From IMG/VR virus record IMGVR_UViG_3300037067_027683, positions 1 to 64,000 of that record: DNA of 64,000 bases; one strand, 5' to 3'. A model generated the notes under the pieces. That model saw nothing but the letters and a program-made list of their open reading frames with translations, was not told the origin of the DNA and did not search any database. Made by a program: the position numbers and the translations under genes. This document shows, piece after piece, positions 56,749 through 64,000 of the stretch (within the stretch, counting starts at the first letter, position 1; every line of letters begins with the position of its first letter). The stretch is from a virus. Its lineage: Duplodnaviria; Caudoviricetes.

Positions 56749-58428
56749 ATGGGTACGGTTATTTTCGAAATGCCGAATTCTCCTGAGGAATTTGGAGTCT
56801 CCCTAGCTCCAGCTCAGTTACGTAGTCTCGATTTTACTGCTCTTGATTTTCCGACTCTTAATCGTGCTGGCGTTGAATATATAAGATCTTATTATCCAAA
56901 TGATTTTAATGATTTCTTTGCTAGTAATGGTGTTATTATGATGTTGGAGTTGGTTGCTTACATTGGTGGTGTTATTTCTGAACGCTCGGATATTTTGGTT
57001 GACGAGTCATTTTTGTCTACCGCACAAACCAAGCAAGCAGTGATTCAGCATCTAAACCTTATTAATCAACGTTATATGCGTGCTACTCCAGCGATTGTTG
57101 ATGTTGAAATCAGCTTGCCGAATGCGGTTCCTTCTGAAGTGAGAATACCATCTGCTACTAGATTTACCCTTGGTGGTCCAGATGGGAGACAGGTCAATTA
57201 TGAAATATATCGTTCGCCTGGTGATTGGACTTCATTCATTGTTATTCCTCCAAACAAACGTGGTATTATTGCATACGGCATAGAAGGGCAAACTGCGACT
57301 CCAATAATCGTTGTGTCGCCAGGTGGTCCAGATCAATATGTTGATATTGAGTTAAGCAATGTTTTGGAAGAACCAATTATTGTTCAAATTACTTCTGGGC
57401 AGACAGTGCGTACATGGCGTCAAATTGAGATGATTGAGACAGCTGAGGCGAATGATGAAGTATATGAGGTGAAATATCTTGGGGATCGTACTCGGATTGT
57501 CTTTGGTAATAATCAAGCTGGTAAATCTCCATTAGCTGGACAGACAATATCTGTCCAGTATCGTGTTGGTGGTGGTGTGCGTGGTAGAATTGCTTCTAAC
57601 ACGATTAACGAGACTAGACCTATTTCGCCACAACCACCTGCCTCAGCTTCGGTTGAAGTATTATTTAGAAATCCTTCGCCTTCATCTGGTGGTACTGATG
57701 AAGAAACTCTGGATCAAGCAAAACGTCGCGCACCAAAGCAATATGCTACACATGGGAACGCTGTAAGTGGCGAGGATTATGGTTTATTAGCATCAGAGTT
57801 TAAGCATCAATTTTATGGTGCAGTATCCAAGGCGATTGGTGTCATTCGAACTGGTGTTGATCAAGATTTAACTTCGGTAGTGACAGCTGTTCGTGCTGCA
57901 CCTACAGTCGAAGATGGTGTTAAAATAATTCAAAATAATTTTATTAATAGGAATATTGTGGAGGTATATGCGTTAGCTGAGGGTCCTGATGGTCCGGTTA
58001 AACCGAGTAGTGGTCTTAAGCAAGGTTTGATTTCTTATCTGGAAGAGATCAATGTTTTGACTGATGAAGTTCGCGTATATGATGGAGCAGTGAAGCCAAT
58101 TGATGTTGACGCTACAATAGTAATGAGTAGAAATGCCGATCCTGGTACAGTAAAGGTAGCGGTCCAAAATGCTATTGATGACTTCTTTAATATTGATAAT
58201 TGGGATATGGGAACTGCCTTGTACGTGTCTAAGCTTTATCAAATTATCCAGGATATACCTGGAGTTACTTATGTTGATATTTTCAAACCAGTTGATGATG
58301 TTTTACCGACCGAATCTTTGGCTTCGGACTCGGATCAAGGGATTGGATTTAATGGTGTCATTACTAAAGGACAAATTACTTTGCGTTATTATTTTGAGCA
58401 AGGTAACTTTAAGGTTACTTCTCACTGA
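56749..58428 (+). CDS. Baseplate wedge gp6/gpJ-like
   Basis: DFTALDF, ESFLSTA, FGNN..G, YRVGGG..G, GG.D.ETL, AVS.EDY. Confidence 0.9.
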   Translation: MGTVIFEMPNSPEEFGVSLAPAQLRSLDFTALDFPTLNRAGVEYIRSYYPNDFNDFFASNGVIMMLELVAYIGGVISERSDILVDESFLSTAQTKQAVIQHLNLINQRYMRATPAIVDVEISLPNAVPSEVRIPSATRFTLGGPDGRQVNYEIYRSPGDWTSFIVIPPNKRGIIAYGIEGQTATPIIVVSPGGPDQYVDIELSNVLEEPIIVQITSGQTVRTWRQIEMIETAEANDEVYEVKYLGDRTRIVFGNNQAGKSPLAGQTISVQYRVGGGVRGRIASNTINETRPISPQPPASASVEVLFRNPSPSSGGTDEETLDQAKRRAPKQYATHGNAVSGEDYGLLASEFKHQFYGAVSKAIGVIRTGVDQDLTSVVTAVRAAPTVEDGVKIIQNNFINRNIVEVYALAEGPDGPVKPSSGLKQGLISYLEEINVLTDEVRVYDGAVKPIDVDATIVMSRNADPGTVKVAVQNAIDDFFNIDNWDMGTALYVSKLYQIIQDIPGVTYVDIFKPVDDVLPTESLASDSDQGIGFNGVITKGQITLRYYFEQGNFKVTSH

Positions 58429-58449
58429 TACTTTGATTGGTAATATACC

Positions 58450-59022
58450 ATGATACTACAACCAGGGGTGGTTATGGAAACAATACGACAGTTGGCCACG
58501 ATTGAGAATGTAAGAGACAGATTACAGGCTCTTGCTTCAGGTCGTGGTGTTCCTGAAAATGTCGTGAAGCAATTAAAAGAAGAATCAGCATCTCTTGAGT
58601 GGGCCTTCAATCAACTACGTTTAGTTCATTTGAAAGAAACTTGGATGGTAGTTGGTGATCCGAATTATGTGACTGAATTAGTTAAATGCTTTGATGCGAG
58701 TAATATTCAGTTATCTGACGTTGACGGGTTAACTACGTTGGTATTGATTCAACCTACAGAAGAAGTTAAATCTTCTGTCTTTAAATTCTTAGTACCACAG
58801 GAATGGCATGGTAATAGGCTTTCTCTTGATAAGGTTCCACAATTCATGTTGTGTCGTAGATATTTTGCCTCCGCCAGCGCGATTGATAATACTCGGAGAG
58901 TCTTGTTTTTTGAGACAGACATTTCATCTCGTTGGCGGTGGGATAGAAACGCTGTGGATACGTGGTTGGTCGGCTTGTATAAGTCGATCAAATGGGATGA
59001 AGCGAAACCGGTAGGGGGATGA
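58450..59022 (+). CDS. Hypothetical protein
   Basis: 190-aa ORF. Confidence 0.55.
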   Translation: MILQPGVVMETIRQLATIENVRDRLQALASGRGVPENVVKQLKEESASLEWAFNQLRLVHLKETWMVVGDPNYVTELVKCFDASNIQLSDVDGLTTLVLIQPTEEVKSSVFKFLVPQEWHGNRLSLDKVPQFMLCRRYFASASAIDNTRRVLFFETDISSRWRWDRNAVDTWLVGLYKSIKWDEAKPVGG

Positions 59023-59088
59023 GGTTATTGGTGGTCGTCTGTATACGAGCACAATTTCCAATCTCCCATCAAAGAAAGGAAGAGAGCA

Positions 59089-59697
59089 ATGCCAGACAAT
59101 GAACCAGTGTATGATGATCGTGTTGCAGTATTGGTTGATGTGCAGAATATGTTTTATTCTGCAAAATACCTTAAACAGAGTAAAGTAGATTATGGTAAAC
59201 TACTTACTGGCATTTTAGATGGCCGTAGTCTCGTTCGGGCTATTGCTTACATTGTGCAGAAGCCTGATGTCGATCAGAGTGGGTTCCATGATGCTTTGTC
59301 AAGGATCGGCTTTGATCTTCGTGTTAAAGAGATGAAGATTCACCCACAGGTGGGCGATAAGAAGTCAGTTGCTAAAGGATCTCATGATATCACAATTACT
59401 TGTGATGCATTGATGCTTGCACCAAAAGTTGACACGATTGTATTGGTTACAGGGGATGGTGATTTTGCGATTTTGGCTGATCGGTTGAAGGCACTTGGTT
59501 GTCGTGTTGAAGTCGTGAGTTTTGATGGTTCTACTGCTGGTGATTTGATTCATGCTGCTGATGAGTTTATTCCTATTAATGATGAATGGATCTTTAAAGA
59601 GAAGAAGTTCGAGCAACAAGCGACTGCAACAGCGGCAGTAGCACCTTCTTATGAAGGTCTTCCTGCTGACGATGATGAATCAATTGGCAATAAGTAG
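59089..59697 (+). CDS. NYN-domain (LabA/DUF88, PIN-like) protein
   Basis: VLVDVQNMFY, K.K, D..ITCD, LVTGDGDF, G.RVEV, ADEF. Confidence 0.9.
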   Translation: MPDNEPVYDDRVAVLVDVQNMFYSAKYLKQSKVDYGKLLTGILDGRSLVRAIAYIVQKPDVDQSGFHDALSRIGFDLRVKEMKIHPQVGDKKSVAKGSHDITITCDALMLAPKVDTIVLVTGDGDFAILADRLKALGCRVEVVSFDGSTAGDLIHAADEFIPINDEWIFKEKKFEQQATATAAVAPSYEGLPADDDESIGNK

Positions 59698-59705
59698 TAG
59701 ATAGT

Positions 59706-59738
59706 AGCAAGGCCCCACTATATTGGTGGGGCCTTGCT
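59706..59738 (+). terminator. GC-rich hairpin after the NYN gene
   Basis: agcaaggccccac...gtggggccttgct (13-bp perfect stem). Confidence 0.7.
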
Positions 59739-59828
59739 GTATTTGGAATTATTTCATCTGATGATGTACGAGCAAAAATAATACTGAACAGGATGGCGGT
59801 TGCCATCACACTTGTAGGAGGATGGAAA

Positions 59829-60221
59829 ATGGCGAATTCCCAACCGGCTAATGCGACAATCTCGATTTTCCGCAGACTGCGGGTGGTCAGAGATAATCGC
59901 AGGCACACGAGCGTCAAGCATCTGACGACTCCATTTGACACCAATTACGTACCGGTGCCAGGTGAAGAAGTCCAGGTTCTTGAGAATCGTGATGCATCGT
60001 TCCGCACTGATGCATTCCGGTACGGTCATCCGGTTACGGTGGAGCCACGAGCCAACTGCACGCTGGCGGACATTTACGCTGGTATTGCTGGACTGGACTT
60101 CCCAGTTCGCCTGCCAGGAAACTTCCGCGAGATGCAAGTTCAGCTGGTTCCTGGTCACGTTACCGACGACCTGTACGGCGAAGCGCAGGCTGTTTGTGCT
60201 GGCCACGCCTTCGTTGTTTAA
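59829..60221 (+). CDS. Hypothetical protein with GC-rich codon usage
   Basis: AGGAG RBS; many CTG/CGC/CCG/TTC codons, unlike neighbouring genes. Confidence 0.7.
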   Translation: MANSQPANATISIFRRLRVVRDNRRHTSVKHLTTPFDTNYVPVPGEEVQVLENRDASFRTDAFRYGHPVTVEPRANCTLADIYAGIAGLDFPVRLPGNFREMQVQLVPGHVTDDLYGEAQAVCAGHAFVV

Positions 60222-60237
60222 TCTGGCTGCTTAGCGG

Positions 60238-60270
60238 GATGATAGACACCATAATCTGGTGTCTATCATC
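60238..60270 (+). terminator. 14-bp perfect inverted repeat
   Basis: gatgatagacacca-taatc-tggtgtctatcatc. Confidence 0.7.
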
Positions 60271-60297
60271 TTATCTGAACCACAGCCGAGGTGACTT

Positions 60298-60840
60298 GTG
60301 GCAGAAGTTAGCATTCCAACAAGATTGTCTACGGCTCCTGGTGCTCCACCGCATTTGATTACTAAATATGCTCATGTTCCATTTACCTGTTTTCTCAGAA
60401 TAACTCCGTTGCGACCAGCCAAACGCGAAGAAACAATACGAGAAGTCGAGAAAAATATCGCTTTTGTTGAATCAGTGTTGGACAATCTTTGTGGCGCTGG
60501 CTCTGGATCAGATGGCACTTTGTCTTTTGATTATACCAAACCTGTGGCTTATACACCACAATTTGGTGATAAAACTGCTCGTTTATCGTTTAATGGACAT
60601 ATTTGTCGTAGAGATGCATTTGCTAAAACACCAGTTGGTGAGAGAATCGTTGTAAATGCTGGACAATTCTGGGTTGGTCCTGGTGCTTCCAATGCGAGTA
60701 ACAGGCAACCAGATGTTCAGTTAGATAGCGTCGTTGCAGATTTCAAAGCTATAATTGAGGCTGCTACTGGTCTAGTAGTTATTAGATTAGAAGTTGCAAG
60801 ATATATTTATGGTGCTGGTGGTACTACTTTCCCATCTTAG
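60298..60840 (+). CDS. Hypothetical protein
   Basis: GAGG RBS with GTG start. Confidence 0.6.
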   Translation: MAEVSIPTRLSTAPGAPPHLITKYAHVPFTCFLRITPLRPAKREETIREVEKNIAFVESVLDNLCGAGSGSDGTLSFDYTKPVAYTPQFGDKTARLSFNGHICRRDAFAKTPVGERIVVNAGQFWVGPGASNASNRQPDVQLDSVVADFKAIIEAATGLVVIRLEVARYIYGAGGTTFPS

Positions 60841-60881
60841 TGTCTTCTGTTTAATAAAACATATCGTGGAGGAACACAGGC

Positions 60882-61388
60882 ATGGGTTCGGGCCTAATGC
60901 AATTGTCTAGAGGTATTCGTGCTAGCTCTAACCCATATAGAGCAATCGCTGCTGCTGGTTTTGATAGACCTACTAGTCAACCAAGAAAATATGAATTAAA
61001 ATTTGGAGTCTGTCGTCATCATGGTTATACGGAATTCAGATCAGACAAGGATTACAGAAAGAACAAAACACCAAGGATTACGTTTCGCTGCTTATTATGT
61101 TTTAAACTTAAAAAGAAGAAACATAGATTACGAAATTCGAAATCTACTGCTAGAAATAAGAAATATAAATTAGTGCAAATGGCTGGTGGTTCGTGTAAAC
61201 TATGTGGGTACGACAAATGTTTATCGGCAATGCATTTCCATCATAGAGATAGATTAATGAAGAATTTTGAAATAGCATATGGGTTGCGTCGTTTTACGTT
61301 AGAAAAACTATCAGAAGAGATCTCTAAATGCGTTTTACTTTGTAATCGTTGTCATGCTGAATTAGAGGAGGGGTTGGTGAAACTATGA
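60882..61388 (+). CDS. HNH endonuclease
   Basis: C..HG...C..C, GG.CKLCGYDKC..A..FHH.D...K.F, KCVLLCNRCH. Confidence 0.85.
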   Translation: MGSGLMQLSRGIRASSNPYRAIAAAGFDRPTSQPRKYELKFGVCRHHGYTEFRSDKDYRKNKTPRITFRCLLCFKLKKKKHRLRNSKSTARNKKYKLVQMAGGSCKLCGYDKCLSAMHFHHRDRLMKNFEIAYGLRRFTLEKLSEEISKCVLLCNRCHAELEEGLVKL

Positions 61389-62125
61389 GTATTTTAGGGC
61401 CGGATCAATTACCAGTAGTACTCAAGGTGGATTCAGATCCAATAAAGTTTGAGACTTTGAGTACGCTTGGTCATCCTGTAGTAATGGTTGAATTGACAGA
61501 AGCACAGCTTGAACAAGCAATTAGAGTGACATCAGATTTCATTTCTACATACTTTTCATTTGAAGAAAAATATGCGTATTTCTACACACAACCGTTAGTG
61601 AATGATTATGAATTACCAGCAGATGCATATTGGATTAAAGATGTAAAATGGGACCCTGCAACCACTAGAATCGGAGACATATTCGGAGCAGAGAGTTTCC
61701 TATTCAACGTGGGCAATGTTACTGGTATTCAGAATATTTTGCTTGATTATCATTTATTGATGTCATATAGGAAGTTTAGTCAACGAATTTTGGGAACAGA
61801 AGGACAATGGGAAGTACTCGGGAATAACAAAATTAAATTATATCCAACTCCGCGTGGTAGTTTCCCTGTAGTTGTCGAATATATTCCACCAGTTAGAAAT
61901 TTTAGGACTCCATGGGCTAGAGAATTAACAAAACGCGCACTAGTTGCTGAAGCCAAAATCATGCTGGGGAATATTAGAAGTAAATTCGGAAGCATGCCAG
62001 CACCAGACGGTGGGACGATCAATCTTAATGGAGACGCATTGAGAACTGAAGGTCAAGCAGAAAAGGATAAGGCAGTAGAGGACGCCATTTTGCATGGTGA
62101 ACCTCTAGGGCCGATTTTGTGGTAA
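61385..62125 (+). CDS. Neck protein gp13-like (head-tail adaptor)
   Basis: LG.PVV.VEL...QL, A.AK..LG..RSKF...P....I.LNG..L..EG..E. Confidence 0.8.
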   Translation: MSILGPDQLPVVLKVDSDPIKFETLSTLGHPVVMVELTEAQLEQAIRVTSDFISTYFSFEEKYAYFYTQPLVNDYELPADAYWIKDVKWDPATTRIGDIFGAESFLFNVGNVTGIQNILLDYHLLMSYRKFSQRILGTEGQWEVLGNNKIKLYPTPRGSFPVVVEYIPPVRNFRTPWARELTKRALVAEAKIMLGNIRSKFGSMPAPDGGTINLNGDALRTEGQAEKDKAVEDAILHGEPLGPILW

Positions 62126-62580
62126 TGATTAATATAGCTAATAAGCTAGAAGTGATGCCTGGAGGCGTTATCCAGGTGCCTGGATGTGAGCCAGTAAGCT
62201 CAGTCACAGGGACTGCTTTATTGCGTGACATGCATTGTAATGCTTCGATTATTCCTGTAAGTGATGTATTGCGTTTGATTCCTGGTTCTAAACTTGTCTG
62301 GGTGATGCGTCCATCAGGGACAACATCTACTGGATGGTTCGTTCAATTACCAGAAGGACCGCCAACTCAAGGCAATGATTGTCCTGGTCATTGTATAGCT
62401 GATTATTATGCTATTTTGAAAGCTAATGCCAGAGTTTTATCACAAGAAGAATCAGAAGAAGCGGCTGGGCCATGTGCTGGATTTAATTATAGTGGTTGTG
62501 TGAATAGTCGGGACATTTTTCATACCACTCGTGATCCAGATATGCGTCCGAATTCGCAACCATTAGGAGCGATATTATAA
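62125..62580 (+). CDS. Hypothetical protein
   Basis: Coupled by TAATG overlaps on both sides. Confidence 0.6.
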   Translation: MINIANKLEVMPGGVIQVPGCEPVSSVTGTALLRDMHCNASIIPVSDVLRLIPGSKLVWVMRPSGTTSTGWFVQLPEGPPTQGNDCPGHCIADYYAILKANARVLSQEESEEAAGPCAGFNYSGCVNSRDIFHTTRDPDMRPNSQPLGAIL

Positions 62581-63194
62581 TGTCAATCACTGATTTCGAC
62601 CCACAGCAACAATTTTCGAGTATTGATAAATTACCAGATCATCGTAGTGATGCTGAGCGTCTTAATTCATTGCTTTCAATTTATAATCACGATAATCCAG
62701 ATATAGCTTATGTCGAGAGGTTGGCTGAAGAGATGATTAACATATCAGGAACGTGGATAACTGTATTTAGACGCCAACGTAATGAGGCTAACCGAGATGA
62801 TGTTTGGGAAGAAGATCCAGATCCAACTTATAGAAATGGCATTAAACTTAAAGGTCGTTTTGTGCCCGCACCAGCTGAGGCACAATTAACACGTTGGGGT
62901 CTGGATCTCCCGAACCAGACGACAGTTCAATTCTCTAGAGCTAATGTTCTTAAGATGTTCGGTAAGAAGATGATTGCGGAAGGTGATATACTTATAATTC
63001 CTCATAATACTTTGTCTATCGCGCAAGTTACTGATTTGCGTGATGGGCCTACTAACAGGATTGATACATTTCGGTGCTTGAAATCAAGTGAAAGCGGTAA
63101 TTTCAAGTATCGTTGGATATATTGGACATGTTTGGTTGAGAATGTGACTGGTGATAAGACTATCCAAGTTGATTTTAGGAAAGAGAATTCATGA
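62580..63194 (+). CDS. Neck protein gp14-like (head closure)
   Basis: E.INISG..I.VF.R...D.VW.ED.DP.Y, LTRWGLD, EGDIL; context. Confidence 0.65.
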   Translation: MSITDFDPQQQFSSIDKLPDHRSDAERLNSLLSIYNHDNPDIAYVERLAEEMINISGTWITVFRRQRNEANRDDVWEEDPDPTYRNGIKLKGRFVPAPAEAQLTRWGLDLPNQTTVQFSRANVLKMFGKKMIAEGDILIIPHNTLSIAQVTDLRDGPTNRIDTFRCLKSSESGNFKYRWIYWTCLVENVTGDKTIQVDFRKENS

Positions 63195-63490
63195 ATATTA
63201 GTAAACAACTTCTAGATGTTGGATTGAGAAAAATAGCAGAAATGCGGTCGGAAGCATTGTCTAAGTTGTCTGAAGACGCACGCACACAAATCGAGTCACG
63301 CTCAAAAGGTAGACTAGCGCCAAAGGTGACCATAACTGACGATAAGGCAATTATTTTTATCCAGAAAACTGACGATGATCCTACTGGTAGCAAAGTAAAA
63401 AAGATAGAATTGGAATCACAAGCTTTTAGTACTGCAATTAGTAATCTGCGAAATGAAGCATATGTAAAGAATCTCTTGAAGCAGAAGTAA
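63191..63490 (+). CDS. Hypothetical protein
   Basis: Coupled ORF in the neck module. Confidence 0.55.
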   Translation: MNISKQLLDVGLRKIAEMRSEALSKLSEDARTQIESRSKGRLAPKVTITDDKAIIFIQKTDDDPTGSKVKKIELESQAFSTAISNLRNEAYVKNLLKQK

Positions 63491-63524
63491 TCTCTATCTC
63501 AAACATATCAAATGGAGGTTTGGT

Positions 63525-64000
63525 ATGCCAGTTTATCAATTTGAATATGATGATGGTGCTAATCCAGTTAAGGTTACTGATCAGCGTTTTACCCCAAAGG
63601 ATAGGGATGGGGAACCGATTGTCAGAACTCTTATTAGTCCTATACCGCAACCACCAGTTGCTAAACGTGAAGATATCCTTTTTGAGAATCAGAATGTTAA
63701 TACTTCATTTGATATTAATGAATTTCTGCCACAGGGTTATAGAACAATGGATCGTGGCATTAAGAATTATTTTTCTGGGATCCCCGTACCGACTAAGGAT
63801 GGTTATCGTATTATGGAAGTTAGAATTAGTGGTGGTGATAAGCCTTATCTAATTTGGGCGCAAGATTTGGTTCGTGGACGCGTACAATTGCCTATTATGT
63901 CAATTAAAAGAGAAGGCGATGAACATTACCCGCCAAAATTTAGTCCAGCTCATACACATTACATGAGTAAGCGTTTTGTTGACACTGAAGGTACTAAAGT
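63525..64000 (+). CDS. Putative tail terminator/sheath stabiliser gp15-like (3'-truncated; absent from the ORF track)
   Basis: GGAGG RBS and ATG at 63525. Reads MPVYQFEYDD...MDRGIKNYF...GRVQLPIMSIKR... and stays open to the window end. Confidence 0.6.
   Translation, partial: MPVYQFEYDDGANPVKVTDQRFTPKDRDGEPIVRTLISPIPQPPVAKREDILFENQNVNTSFDINEFLPQGYRTMDRGIKNYFSGIPVPTKDGYRIMEVRISGGDKPYLIWAQDLVRGRVQLPIMSIKREGDEHYPPKFSPAHTHYMSKRFVDTEGTK

Noticed and set aside
63520-63852. 110-aa ORF in the track
   Set aside because: The alternate frame from ATG 63525 has the RBS, protein-like composition and runs off the window.
1-64000. tRNA, rRNA or CRISPR arrays; alternative genetic code
   Set aside because: No cloverleaf/T-loop or repeat-spacer pattern was noticed by eye. 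Conserved genes are full length in the standard code and TAA, TAG and TGA all serve as stops.

Overview
This window is 64 kb of an AT-rich, gene-dense large (jumbo-type) myovirus genome using the standard genetic code. No cellular housekeeping operons, tRNAs or CRISPR arrays are visible. From left to right: (1) glycan-modifying genes (FkbM methyltransferase, GT17, GT25, GT9-like) and a Ser/Cys-rich virion-like protein, interleaved with a gp46/gp47 (SbcCD/Rad50-Mre11) pair and an intein-containing DinG/XPD helicase; (2) a ~430-bp densely base-paired divergent intergenic element at ~13.8-14.3 kb, followed by an Sm/Hfq-like protein, an amphipathic peptide, an actin-fold ATPase and a Zn-finger/Hc1 protein; (3) a replication/recombination block with DnaE split into two separate genes without inteins, RecA, a DnaB/gp41 helicase, a minimal PolA-like protein, a UvsY-like protein, a gp32-like SSB, a 5'-3' exonuclease, class II ribonucleotide reductase and primase; (4) a contractile-tail block with hub, tape measure, gp53, gp5, gp25, gp6 and neck/terminator (gp13/14/15-like) genes. 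The best candidate for an undescribed system is the structured-RNA/Sm-like/actin/Hc1 module at 13.8-16.6 kb. Other strong observations are the intein-less split DnaE with partitioned catalytic motifs and a GTATTT-N7/8-start motif before replication genes. All family assignments come from motif recognition by eye, not from database searches.
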